Positions 1 to 9,475 of a DNA stretch of 64,000 nucleotides are shown here, one piece after another. The translations under genes were made by a program, and so were the position numbers. Below the pieces are notes generated by a model. It made no database searches. It worked only from the letters and a program-made list of their open reading frames with translations, and had not been told where the DNA came from. The DNA is taken from assembly GCA_021323945.1 (NCBI GenBank), contig JAJPKA010000018.1:372453-436452 (forward strand). The letters are read 5' to 3'. The stretch comes from Pseudomonadota bacterium. GTDB taxonomy: Bacteria > Desulfobacterota > Binatia > Binatales > Binataceae. Each line of letters opens with the position of its first letter. The first letter of the stretch is position 1.

Positions 1-256
1 CTTTGAATCGGCCGACCGGTTGGGCTAGGCTCGCAGCTACGGTGATAAGCTAATCGGTTGAAAAGCGGCGAGGACCCCCTTAACAGGTGTCCTTAACCTT
101 GGCGATTATGCCACAAGCTTCAGTAACAAACGTTTCTAGCTTGTTTGCGACAGGCTCCAACCTTATGAGCACGCAGTCCCAAACTCTCGCAGTGGCTGGC
201 TCGAGTGGACCACGGTTCATGGCTTACCGTTCGACCTGCAATTAGGAGATGCACCG

Positions 257-1303
257 ATGGCGACAACGCAATCGGAGGTTGTTGAGGACGATCCGATTGA
301 ATTGCTGTTTCAACGCGGCGTAACTGACGGCTTGCCGGTGGTTCCACCCACTCGCGAGCGCGTCGACCGTATGCTCGCAGCTGCCCCTGGCCGACGACGC
401 GACGAGTTGATCGGAGTACTCGGCCCGCAGATGGGACGGGCGACGGTTGAAAAAGTCGCCATCAACGCGGTGATGGCGGGGTGCAAACCTGAATACTTCC
501 CAGTCGTTCTGGCAGGAGTAGAAGCCTTGTGTGACGCTGCGTTCTGCGCGCATGGCCTTAGCATCACGCTCATGTCAGGCGCTCCACTGGCGATCATCAA
601 TGGGCCGGTGCGGAATCGCATCGGCCTTAACTCGGGTCACAACGCGTTAGGACACGGATTTCGGGCCAATGCAACTATCGGACGGGCGTTGCGCCTGGTC
701 ACGATGAACATTGGCGGTGCGCGGCCCCATGGCGTGACCAAGGCAACGCTGGGACATCCAGGTCAATACAGTTTCCTGGTGGCCGAGTACGAAGAAGCGT
801 CGCCCTGGGAGCCGTTTCATGTCCAACGCGGCTTCCGCAAGGCGGACTCGGTTATCACTCTCTTTGGTGGCACCGGCTTTTTTCAAATCGTTGATTTTGC
901 CAGCAATACGGCGGAGAAGCTCCTGTCAACCATCGGGGGGACCATGGGATGCATCAACAGTTATCGCGAATATCCCCTGATGTCGGATACCGTTTTGGTG
1001 CTGAGCCCGGAGCATGCGGCGACGATTGCTCGCGACGGATGGTCGAAGCGCGACGTCTCTAACTATCTCTACGAAACGGTCGTCCGCCAGCAACCGCCGC
1101 AGGGGATCCTTGGGCCGCCACGTGGGCGGGTTGCGCGATGGACCACCGCCGAGGGAGCGACGCGCAAGTTTCGCTCTCCCGAGTCTATAATCGTACTGGT
1201 TGCCGGGGGCACCGCGGGGCGCCTTTCCGCAGTGATTCCCGGATGGGTATCGGAGGAGCTGGCTGGTAGTTCACCCGTCAGCAAACTGATACGGCTCGAA
1301 TAA
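257..1303 (+). CDS. Uncharacterised conserved protein (TDGLPVVPPT family), usual partner of UGSC selenoproteins
   Basis: 348-aa ORF with RBS AGGAG. Motifs TDGLPVVPPT, VEKVAINAVMAGC.P.YFPVV and RANATIGRALRL are typical of the family found next to UGSC proteins. Confidence 0.75.
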   Translation: MATTQSEVVEDDPIELLFQRGVTDGLPVVPPTRERVDRMLAAAPGRRRDELIGVLGPQMGRATVEKVAINAVMAGCKPEYFPVVLAGVEALCDAAFCAHGLSITLMSGAPLAIINGPVRNRIGLNSGHNALGHGFRANATIGRALRLVTMNIGGARPHGVTKATLGHPGQYSFLVAEYEEASPWEPFHVQRGFRKADSVITLFGGTGFFQIVDFASNTAEKLLSTIGGTMGCINSYREYPLMSDTVLVLSPEHAATIARDGWSKRDVSNYLYETVVRQQPPQGILGPPRGRVARWTTAEGATRKFRSPESIIVLVAGGTAGRLSAVIPGWVSEELAGSSPVSKLIRLE

Positions 1304-1378
1304 GGGTGCCCACTGAAGGAGGAAGCGTTGCGCGGGTGGAAAACGATAGGTACCGAGAGGAAGAAAGGAGTTTTAGTC

Positions 1379-1927
1379 ATGACAGATGATCTTCTGGATC
1401 CTGTTGGCTTCGAAAGTGCTGGGCCGCCCAAGCCGATGGCCAAGCGCCTCGATAGTCTAAGTGGCAAAACAATCGGAATACTCGATATTGGCTTTCCCAA
1501 TGGCAATCTCTTCCTGGATCGGGTGGAAGAGGTACTCCGAAGCAAGTATGGAGTGGCGGAGTTCGTAAGGCGCGCCAAGCCGAGCCCTGCGCGACCAGCG
1601 GATGACGAGGTAAGGAGGGAGTTGATCGAGGCCTGTGATGCGATTGTAGAAGGGACCAGCAGTTGAGGGTCTTGCATGTCGTGCAGTTCGCACGACACCG
1701 CCTATTTCGAGGAACAGGGAATTCCCACCGCGAATATAGCGACTACAGAGTTCCGGGAAGCAGGGCGTATCCAGTACACCAATCTCGGATACCCCAATTA
1801 TGACATCGTCTTCATTCCTCACCCAATTTTTCCACTGACCAAAGAGGAAACCTTCGCCAAAGCCGACGCAGTGATTGACGAAATTGTGAAACGGCTGACT
1901 GAGGATCAGACATCTCGGCGAGTTTGA
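1379..1927 (+). CDS. UGSC-motif selenoprotein (182 aa, Sec96 encoded by TGA 1664-1666)
   Basis: ORFs 1328-1666 and 1676-1927 are in the same frame. Read-through gives ...EGTSS-U-GSCMSCSSHD.... RBS AAGGAG precedes ATG 1379, and a SECIS-like hairpin follows the UGA. Confidence 0.88.
1677..1697 (+). promoter_or_regulatory. Bacterial SECIS-like hairpin
   Basis: Perfect 8-bp stem TGTCGTGC/GCACGACA with loop AGTTC (G at position 2). There are 18 nt between the UGA and the loop, which fits the bacterial SECIS consensus. Confidence 0.8.
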
Positions 1928-1940
1928 AGCGACGGCAGCC

Positions 1941-1985
1941 GCGACCTCCTGCCCGCATTTTAAATCGTGCGGGGCGGGGGGTCGC
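1941..1985. terminator. Long GC-rich hairpin between convergent genes
   Basis: GCGACCTCCTGCCCGCA pairs with TGCGGGGCGGGGGGTCGC (G-U pairs, one bulge). Confidence 0.5.
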
Positions 1986-2038
1986 ATGGGCTTAACGGGT
2001 AACTCGCCACTTTCCGATTTGGCGTCGGTCGCGAGCCG

Positions 2039-3019
2039 CTAGGCTGCTTCGCCGAGCATCCGGCGCAAGCGCTGAATTCGGCGCGAGAGGGGCGGGTGAG
2101 TCGAAAATAAATTGTCCAGAAACCCTTCATCGTCGTCCCGGGCGCCTGTGAGGGGATTGACAATAAAAAGATGAGCAATGCCGCGAGACGCGTGGGCGAG
2201 CGGTGACTGACTTTGCGCGATCTGTTCGAGTGCGCGCAGCAGGGCCCGCGGATTGCGCGTAAACTCGACGGCTGAAGCGTCAGCGAGGTATTCGCGCTGG
2301 CGCGACACAGCCATGGCGATCAAACCGGAGAAAAGCGGTGCCAGCATTGCCAGAATGAAGACCGCGGTTGTGAGCAACATTCCACTTTCCCCTTGACTTT
2401 CCTCACCGTCGTCGCGTCCGCCCAAGCCGCCGAAGAAGGACCAGCGCATCAAAAAGTCGGTTAGCATTGCCACGCCGCCAACCAACACCGCGATCATCAT
2501 CATTGTACGAATATCATAATCGCGGATATGCGCCATCTCGTGGCCGATGACGCCTTGTAGCTCTTCTCGATCCATCTGATCCACCAGCCCCTGCGTGACA
2601 CAGATAACGGAATGCCACGGATCGCGCCCAGTGGCAAAAGCGTTAGGTGCCGGGTCATCAATGATGTAAAGCCGGGGGACGGGCATGCGCGACGCCAAGG
2701 CCATCTCCCGCACAACGTCTGTAACCACTTGGTGTTGTGGTGAGTCCGGCAGTAGGGGACGTGCATGGGCTGATGCGAGGACAAGAGTCGCACCACCAAA
2801 GTAGGAGATCAGTGATTGGAAGGAGCCAACTACCAGCGCGGAAACCGTGAGTAGAGGAAAACCAACCAGTTGCCCGTCTTTTAGCCGTACAGTGCCCAAG
2901 ACGAAATCGAGACCGAAGCCGAGGGCAGAGAAGAGCGCGAGAAACACCAGGACAAGCAGGACCGTGGCGCGGCGGTTGCGACGCTCCAATTCACGAAAAT
3001 CGGCGCGCGTAGCTGCCAT
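2039..3019 (-). CDS. htpX: M48 family zinc metalloprotease HtpX-like
   Basis: PNAFATG, HEMAH zinc motif, SRQREYLADA and STHPP; lies downstream of lemA. Confidence 0.9.
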   Translation of the reverse strand: MAATRADFRELERRNRRATVLLVLVFLALFSALGFGLDFVLGTVRLKDGQLVGFPLLTVSALVVGSFQSLISYFGGATLVLASAHARPLLPDSPQHQVVTDVVREMALASRMPVPRLYIIDDPAPNAFATGRDPWHSVICVTQGLVDQMDREELQGVIGHEMAHIRDYDIRTMMMIAVLVGGVAMLTDFLMRWSFFGGLGGRDDGEESQGESGMLLTTAVFILAMLAPLFSGLIAMAVSRQREYLADASAVEFTRNPRALLRALEQIAQSQSPLAHASRGIAHLFIVNPLTGARDDDEGFLDNLFSTHPPLSRRIQRLRRMLGEAA

Positions 3020-3037
3020 CTTCCCGGGATTGTCGAT

Positions 3038-3610
3038 TTAAGAGGCGCGCTGAGTTCCCAACGAAAGGTCGACCTTCGGTACGGCCTGGTCTTCTGCCGA
3101 GGTCTGGAAATATTCAGCCGGGCGAAAGCCGAATTGTGTGGCAATGATGCTGGCTGGGAAGGTCTCAATGCGATTGTTCAGATCCAACACCGCATCGTTG
3201 TAGGCCTGACGAGCGAATGCGATCTAATTCTCAGTGGTGGTCAGCTCTTCCTGCAATCGTAAAACGTTGCCATCCGCCTTTAACTGCGGGTAATTTTCCA
3301 TTAACGCCAGCAGCCGACCGAGACCAGCGGTGAGCTCGTTTTCCGCTCGAACTCGTGTTTGCTGACTGGGAGCTGCAATCGCCCGATTGCGGGCTTCGAT
3401 TACCTGACCAAGTGTCTCTCGCTCAAATTGCATGTAGCCTTTGACTGCTTCTACCAGGTTTGGAATGAGGTCGTGGCGACGTTTGAGCTGGACGTCGATT
3501 TGACGCCAGGCATTCTCGACAGCGTTGCGCATCCTGACGAGCGAATTATAGGTAAAGATCAAATATAGCGCGACAATAACGATAATTCCGATGACTATCC
3601 AGGTGCTCAT
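3038..3610 (-). pseudogene. lemA: LemA family protein interrupted by an in-frame TAG at 3224-3226
   Basis: N-terminal TM helix and IDVQLKRRHDLIPNLVE. After ...TTTEN* the same frame continues IAFARQAYNDAVLDLNNRIETFPASIIA...PKVDL to TAA at 3038, giving about 190 codons. Confidence 0.85.
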
Positions 3611-3866
3611 TGAGGCTGTATTCTCCCCCTCACTGACTCCGCTATCCATCTATTAAACAGTCTTCTTATAAATAGTCGTTCGTTGTGCGGGCGCTGGTTT
3701 GAAACCACCAACTCTCTTTCTGAGACGAGCGCCGCTGAAGAATGATAACAGAAAGTTTTTCTGCAAAAGCGTTTGTCGGGAGGGATCTCGGAGGCATGGA
3801 CGGCTCGGCGGCCGTCCATGCCTGGCCCTTAAAAAAAGCGTGATTTCGACTCAAAAGGAATGGCTT

Positions 3867-4286
3867 TTAGTTGATCTGAATCTTGACCGGCCGTGCTTCG
3901 GCGCGCTTCTCGATCCTTACTTCAAGCACCCCGTCTTTGTAGCTGGCCGTCACGTGTTCAGGGTCAGCATCTTTGGGTAACTCGAAACTGCGCCGTATCG
4001 GACCGTAATGACGCTCAGCCAGATGAACCTCAGCGTTTTTTGGCCATTCCGGGCGCTTCCGTTCGGCCGTCACCCTAAGCGTATGATCCTCGACCCTGAG
4101 GTCGACGGAATCATTTTTCAAACCCGGCATATCGAAATAGAACCGGTAGCTTTCGTTATCCTCCATGACGTCGGTAGCTGGACGTATGGGAGTTTGAAAG
4201 CTCGGCTCAAAATCTTCAAACAAGTGATTAAATCCGTTAAATAACCAGCCACTGTTCGGAAATGAGCTTTCATACCTGATTTCCAT
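3867..4286 (-). CDS. Hsp20/alpha-crystallin small heat shock protein
   Basis: DMPGL, ER.YG...RSF.LP and ASYKDGVLEV motifs; RBS AGGAGG. Confidence 0.92.
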   Translation of the reverse strand: MEIRYESSFPNSGWLFNGFNHLFEDFEPSFQTPIRPATDVMEDNESYRFYFDMPGLKNDSVDLRVEDHTLRVTAERKRPEWPKNAEVHLAERHYGPIRRSFELPKDADPEHVTASYKDGVLEVRIEKRAEARPVKIQIN

Positions 4287-4651
4287 TCAATAATTACCTC
4301 CTGCGAGTCGAGTCGGGGAAAACGTTGATCGAACCAACTGTCCGCTAACCTCGTCCGCTGCTAATCAACTTAAGTACGATTCCCTAGTCGTCAAGCACAG
4401 TGAAGTGGGCCTGGGTGTAAGGCTGCGACCTGTTATTGCGCGCGGCCTGATTACAACGCGGCGCGCGAGAGACTTTGTGCCAGGTTCCGTGAAATGGTCT
4501 TGTCTGATGCGAGAACCTGACGCTGCCGACTCTGGAGTTCACTCTTTGACAACCTCAAGGCAGGATTAAAGCCTGTACTTGCTTAACCGCACAGTGCCCT
4601 GCTAGCCATTGAGGTTCAGACCGGCTGGCGAGAATCAAGGCCCGGACCAAT

Positions 4652-5719
4652 ATGGAGGCTCCTGCGATGAAGGGCTTGGCATTCCTTGGAATTGGGAAGG
4701 TTGGAGTGATCGATAAGCCGATTCCGCGTCCCGGAGTGAATGACGCGGTAGTCCGGACCACTGCCTCTCTGATCTGTACCTCCGACGTTCACAACGTCAG
4801 AGGTACGATTCCGATCCCTGAAGGTCAATTTCTCGGTCACGAGAGTGTTGGCATCGTTGATCAGGTTGGCGCCAACGTCAGTCACTTTAAACCAGGAGAC
4901 CGAGTCGCTGTTTGTGCAATCACGCCGTGCGGGCGTTGCGACAATTGCCAACGAGGCTACACTTCCCAATGCGGGGGATTACTAGGTGCTTATCAATTCG
5001 GTCCGCGGCGAGACGGCAATTTGGCTGAATATTTTGTCGTCAACGACGCCGACTTCAATCTGGTTCGTATTCCCCAGGGGCTGTCCGACGAGATGGCCGT
5101 TTACACCACCGATATGCTGACAACGGGTATAGCAGCGGCGGAAAATGCCGAAATTCCTGTAGGTGGCAGCGTTGCGATCTTCGCCCAGGGGCCCGTCGGC
5201 TTGTGCGCGACTATGGGTGCGCGGCTTCTGGGAGCGGGGCTGATCATAGCCGTCGAATCCAAGCCCGATCGACAACGACTTGCCATGCGCTTCGGCGCCG
5301 ATGCAGTTGTGGACCCGAGCCGTGGCAGAACAGTTGAAGAAATAGTTGAAATGACGGATGGCGTCGGAGTCGACTCCGCTATCGAAGCGTTAGGGCATCC
5401 GGAGACGTTCGCCAACTGCATCAGGGTCACCAGACCAGGGGGCGTAATCTCGAACGTCGGTTATCACGGGGAAGCGGGCAATTTCCTGCAGATTCCGCTG
5501 GCGGAGTTTGGCTTGGGCATGGGCGATAAAACGATCCGCACGGCACTCTGTCCAGGCGGCCGTGAACGCCTCTCCCGGCTCATGCAGTTGCTGCAAAGGG
5601 GCCGTATAGATCCGACCCCGCTGACCACCCATCGGTTCTCCTTTGCTGAAGTCGAACGCGCATTTCACATGATGGAGACCAAAGAGGATAATATTATAAA
5701 GCCTCTGATCACTTACTGA
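4652..5719 (+). CDS. Zn-dependent NAD(P) alcohol dehydrogenase (MDR family); start may be 4667
   Basis: CTSDVH, GHE, CGRCDNC...C structural zinc site and AQGPVG nucleotide motif. Confidence 0.9.
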   Translation: MEAPAMKGLAFLGIGKVGVIDKPIPRPGVNDAVVRTTASLICTSDVHNVRGTIPIPEGQFLGHESVGIVDQVGANVSHFKPGDRVAVCAITPCGRCDNCQRGYTSQCGGLLGAYQFGPRRDGNLAEYFVVNDADFNLVRIPQGLSDEMAVYTTDMLTTGIAAAENAEIPVGGSVAIFAQGPVGLCATMGARLLGAGLIIAVESKPDRQRLAMRFGADAVVDPSRGRTVEEIVEMTDGVGVDSAIEALGHPETFANCIRVTRPGGVISNVGYHGEAGNFLQIPLAEFGLGMGDKTIRTALCPGGRERLSRLMQLLQRGRIDPTPLTTHRFSFAEVERAFHMMETKEDNIIKPLITY

Positions 5720-5749
5720 GCCGGCCAAGGTGTGAGTGGGCCATGTGTC

Positions 5750-5953
5750 TCAGTCGGAGGATGTGGGCAGGTGATTGGCGCGCGCGATTTCAGCGGCAAA
5801 CCGTCGCGCCATCCCAGCGTCGCCCCATTGCTCGGCTAGTGATCTGCCGTCTTCGAGCACCTTAATGGCCTGGGCGATTCTTCCTTTGCCGAGCAGCGTG
5901 CCGGCCTTGCGAAATAACCGCGCATAGCGGGCGGCTTTGTCGGTCGCATCCAT
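5750..5953 (-). CDS. Small helical (TPR-like) hypothetical protein
   Basis: 67-aa ORF MDATDKAARYARLFRKAG...; fills an otherwise empty gap and is amphipathic. Confidence 0.45.
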   Translation of the reverse strand: MDATDKAARYARLFRKAGTLLGKGRIAQAIKVLEDGRSLAEQWGDAGMARRFAAEIARANHLPTSSD

Positions 5954-6686
5954 GGCAATCGCGGGAGCACAAAGCGTCGATCCCATACTAGGTGGTGCAC
6001 TTAGAATCGTCCAGCCAGCCTGCGGTTATCGCTTCGCGATCGATTCGATCCTACTGGCGCGCTTCGCGCGGCCGGCTCAATCGGCCCGAGTTTTGGAACT
6101 CGGCGCGGGCTGTGGGGTGGTTTCAGTAATAATCGCGGCCCTGCATCGCCCTAAACAGATAGTAGCGGTGGAACTGCAAGCACAGTTGGCCGAAATGATT
6201 GCCCAGAACGCTGCGCTGAACGGTATCGCCATGTTAACGGGGCTGTGTGCCGATCTCCGAAGTGAGCTTCCAGGAATTACGCCCGCCTCCTTTGACTACG
6301 TCGTCGCGAACCCACCTTATCGCATGGTTTCCACCGGACGTCAAAGCCCTGACGGGCAGAAGCGGGTGGCCCGCAGCGGCGACAGCGAAACGCTTACCGC
6401 ATTCGTCAATGCGGCTTCGCGTTACACGAAGTACAGGGGCAAAGTCGCCATGGTGTTTACAGCTTCACGGACCGCGGAGCTGATAAGCGCATTGACGAGC
6501 AAAGCGCTCGAGCCGAAACGAATACGCTTCGTGCATTCACGCCCCGGAGAGAGCGCCAGGCTAATACTGGTGGAGGCTCGCAAAGCGGCTGGCATCGAAG
6601 CATTAATCGAACCTCCGTTATTCGTTTATGATTCGTCTGGTGCCTACTCTGACGAAGCCCGAGCGATGCTCAGGACTCTGGCCTGA
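5952..6686 (+). CDS. tRNA1(Val) A37 N6-methyltransferase-like (YfiC/TrmN6 family)
   Basis: GYRFAIDSILLA, LELGAGCG, NPPY and LEPKRIRFVH. Confidence 0.85.
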   Translation: MAIAGAQSVDPILGGALRIVQPACGYRFAIDSILLARFARPAQSARVLELGAGCGVVSVIIAALHRPKQIVAVELQAQLAEMIAQNAALNGIAMLTGLCADLRSELPGITPASFDYVVANPPYRMVSTGRQSPDGQKRVARSGDSETLTAFVNAASRYTKYRGKVAMVFTASRTAELISALTSKALEPKRIRFVHSRPGESARLILVEARKAAGIEALIEPPLFVYDSSGAYSDEARAMLRTLA

Positions 6687-7425
6687 GTTCTGGTCCGAAC
6701 CTTCTGAGCGAGGAGCAAAGGGCACGGCGTTAACCTTGCTCTGGGTTGCTGCATTGTTTGTCCTGACGGTAGCTGAGCCGACCGTCGGGGCCGATATGGA
6801 GGTATGTTTCACTCCACCGTTGCCGGGAACATGCGACCCATTGGCTACTGTGATCAGGGCGATCGACGGTGCTCGGCGTACTATTAGGCTTCAGATGTAT
6901 TCGCTGACGCTCGATGAGATAGTGAGCGCGCTGGTGCGAGCGAAGCGACGAGGCGTGGATGTGCGACTAATTATCGACCGCGGCCAATTCCTCCAGGATC
7001 GAAATGACTCGTTACGCATTGCGAACCTGGCTTCCGCGGGCATTCCGGTCCTATTCGATACCGTTCCGGGACTAATGCACAACAAGGTTATGGTGATCGA
7101 TGACCAGACGGTCCTGACTGGCAGTTTCAATTACACCTGGGGAGCTGAGCATTTGAATGCTGAAAACTTGCTCGTGTTGCACGATCCAGAACTGGCAGCC
7201 GAATATCGACGCAATTGGGATCGTCGAGCCGTGGAGTCAAAGGCACTGCACATTTCTCGCGCGCCTGCGTCTAGGACAGTAGTCGGGAACCGTCGCACCA
7301 GAATCTATCAATGGCCCGGATGCCCTTTTTATGACCACGTCGGAGTGCGTAACCGGGTTGTGTTCGCCGACGCCGCGGCAGCCGAGGCCGCCGGCTATCG
7401 TCCTGCGCGAAATTGCCCTCGGTAA
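6628..7425 (+). CDS. Secreted phospholipase D/Nuc-type nuclease with C-terminal Ada-like metal-binding domain (true start probably near 6736)
   Basis: Single HNK....D....TGSFN motif, hydrophobic signal region and C-terminal GNRRTRIY..PGC.....NRV.F....AEAAGYRPA. Confidence 0.82.
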   Translation: MIRLVPTLTKPERCSGLWPEFWSEPSERGAKGTALTLLWVAALFVLTVAEPTVGADMEVCFTPPLPGTCDPLATVIRAIDGARRTIRLQMYSLTLDEIVSALVRAKRRGVDVRLIIDRGQFLQDRNDSLRIANLASAGIPVLFDTVPGLMHNKVMVIDDQTVLTGSFNYTWGAEHLNAENLLVLHDPELAAEYRRNWDRRAVESKALHISRAPASRTVVGNRRTRIYQWPGCPFYDHVGVRNRVVFADAAAAEAAGYRPARNCPR

Positions 7426-7571
7426 GGTTTCGATTGCAGCTTTTGATGCGGCCTTCGCGGCGCCACTGAATTCGATTTGCCAGCACTTGTACGCGGTGGG
7501 TGTCAGCGTCACCGGTACGCGCCCCCGCTTACAGGACCCTTATAATGACTTGCCGGAGAGGTCGAAAATCT

Positions 7572-7847
7572 GTGGTAAGCAAAACTTCAATCCTGATCGG
7601 CGATAACGTGGAGTTGTGTGCCCAGGAGCTGGTCGAGAATGACTTCATCAGAAATTGGCAAAGACTCGCACCAGAGCACGCCGATACTGCTCGCATCCTC
7701 ATCGTAGCTTTTGGTGGTGAATTAGCTTATGAAAATGCTTTGGACGAGGTTATAGCCTTTGCCAGTCGGCATGGCGCGGTCTGGCGCCACGAAGACTATC
7801 TCACATACGGCGACCCGCGCGAAAAAGAGTGGATAGTTCCGATGTGA
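7572..7847 (+). CDS. Hypothetical protein
   Basis: Plausible globular ORF (VVSKTSILIGDNV...); start uncertain. Confidence 0.5.
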   Translation: MVSKTSILIGDNVELCAQELVENDFIRNWQRLAPEHADTARILIVAFGGELAYENALDEVIAFASRHGAVWRHEDYLTYGDPREKEWIVPM

Positions 7848-7880
7848 ATTGGGCTGCGAGCGGGGGCGAACTTCAGAAAA

Positions 7881-8498
7881 TCAACCTCGCACTGTCCGCG
7901 CGATTATCTCCAGTGCTATCTCGATGCCTGTCACCATAGTTGCCAAAGACATACTGGGGACAGCACGATGACGGGCTGCCTGCCTCGCTTCGTACGGCAG
8001 ATGAATAAATCCTGCCGGAGCACGACGGCGGCGGAGCGCATGAAGAGTCGTGTACATCACAGCGTTGCAGACATACACGCCGGCACTCAGCGACAGCGCC
8101 GCTGGAACACCGCGGCGCTTGAGCGCCACCAGGATGTCCGCAATGGGCAAGCGTGCGAAGTAGGCATCGGGTCCGCCGGCGATCACCGCTCTGCTCTGCA
8201 TGCCGCCTTCGCCCTCGCGCTGCGCACGTGTATCCTCCAAGTTGATTGCAACCCTCTCCAACGAGAGGACCGGGCGACCACCAGCCTGACCCAGCCCGAG
8301 CACGGCGGCAGGGCGCAACCTGGTGATAGCCCTCATAACCTGCTCGGATGCTCGACGGCAGTTGACCGGCAGGCGCATCGATTTCACCTTGATACCGTTA
8401 AAGCTGCGGGTATCGAGCTGCGAAGCGACTTCCCAGGAGGGATTGAGCCGTTCACCGGCAAAGGGAGCAAAGCCAGTGAGCAGGATGACCCTTGACAT
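7881..8498 (-). CDS. pcp: Pyroglutamyl-peptidase I
   Basis: ILLTGF.PF.GE..NPS, ERVAIN, SAGVYVCN and GFIHLP. Confidence 0.93.
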   Translation of the reverse strand: MSRVILLTGFAPFAGERLNPSWEVASQLDTRSFNGIKVKSMRLPVNCRRASEQVMRAITRLRPAAVLGLGQAGGRPVLSLERVAINLEDTRAQREGEGGMQSRAVIAGGPDAYFARLPIADILVALKRRGVPAALSLSAGVYVCNAVMYTTLHALRRRRAPAGFIHLPYEARQAARHRAVPSMSLATMVTGIEIALEIIARTVRG

Positions 8499-8507
8499 CG
8501 CGCGGCG

Positions 8508-9334
8508 TCAATGCGCACGTCGGCGTGTAGGTCTTTCGATAGGCAGGTCTTCGCGATTACCCCATTCGCCCATGATCCAAGGTAATTGCGAACGTGCGGG
8601 TACCCTGCCAGGCGCAGCGCATAGAAGGCGTGGGCAGACCGGTATCCACCCTGGCAGTAGGGGATGATTTCGCGTTCGGGCCGCAGTCCTAATTGTTCAA
8701 ATTCTGCGCGCAATTGTGCGGCTGGTTTGAAAGCGCCGTTGCTGTCGAGACTGTGACGCCAGTCGCAGTGAATCGCGCCCGGAATGGCACCTCCTCGGCG
8801 AGCGCGTAAGCGTTCGCCGAAATATTCCTCGTCGCTACGTACGTCGAAGATCTGTGCAGTTCTGTCGCCCAAACGTCCTACTACATCCTGGTAGGTCGCC
8901 AGCAGGTCAGGCTGTGGAGTTCCTTCAAATTTCGTCGGGGTGATAATGGGAGGCGTCGTCACCAGCTCGGCGTCAGTTATCTGATTGAGCCCGCCATCAA
9001 GGATCCGCAGTGATGGGTGTCCCATATACTCGAGGAGCCATGCGCCTCGAGCGGCACGCATGCCTGATTCGCTCTCGTAAAAAACCACGGTTTCCCCACC
9101 CGTTATGCCGAGCGCCGAAAAAATCCAGGCGAGCTGGCTGCGGAATTCGTTCATGCCCGCTTCGCCGGTACCACTATGATGGAACGGGAAAGGATCGAAA
9201 TGACGGGCACCAGCGAGATGTCCAGCCCAGTAATCGGCGGCGGGCCGAGTATCGACCAACACCACTCCGGGCTGGCCGAGTCGGTCGCGGAGCCATTCAC
9301 TGTGAATCAGAATTTCATGTTCATTGAACGCCAT
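8508..9334 (-). CDS. Two-domain rhodanese/sulfurtransferase with a one-base deletion near the C-terminus (about 8570)
   Basis: GHLAGA, LDGG, DVRS..EY.G, active loop CQGGYR. Adding one G restores YLGSWGEWGNREDLPIE and a stop at 8508. Confidence 0.85.
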
Positions 9335-9475
9335 TTTTGTTTCCCCAAGAATGCATACCATTCATCACGGAAACCACTTTTCCACCTCATTCGCCCACGC
9401 CCGTCCTGTCCTGACCCTCCTTGGGTCATGGCACCACCCGCAACCCCTGGTGCTGACAATCCTGCGCCGGACCGT

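Noticed and set aside
3224-3226. Genome-wide TAG reassignment or pyrrolysine
   Set aside because: TAG ends conserved genes at their normal C-termini (htpX, hemE, acs), no pyl genes are in the window, and LemA is not a known Pyl protein.
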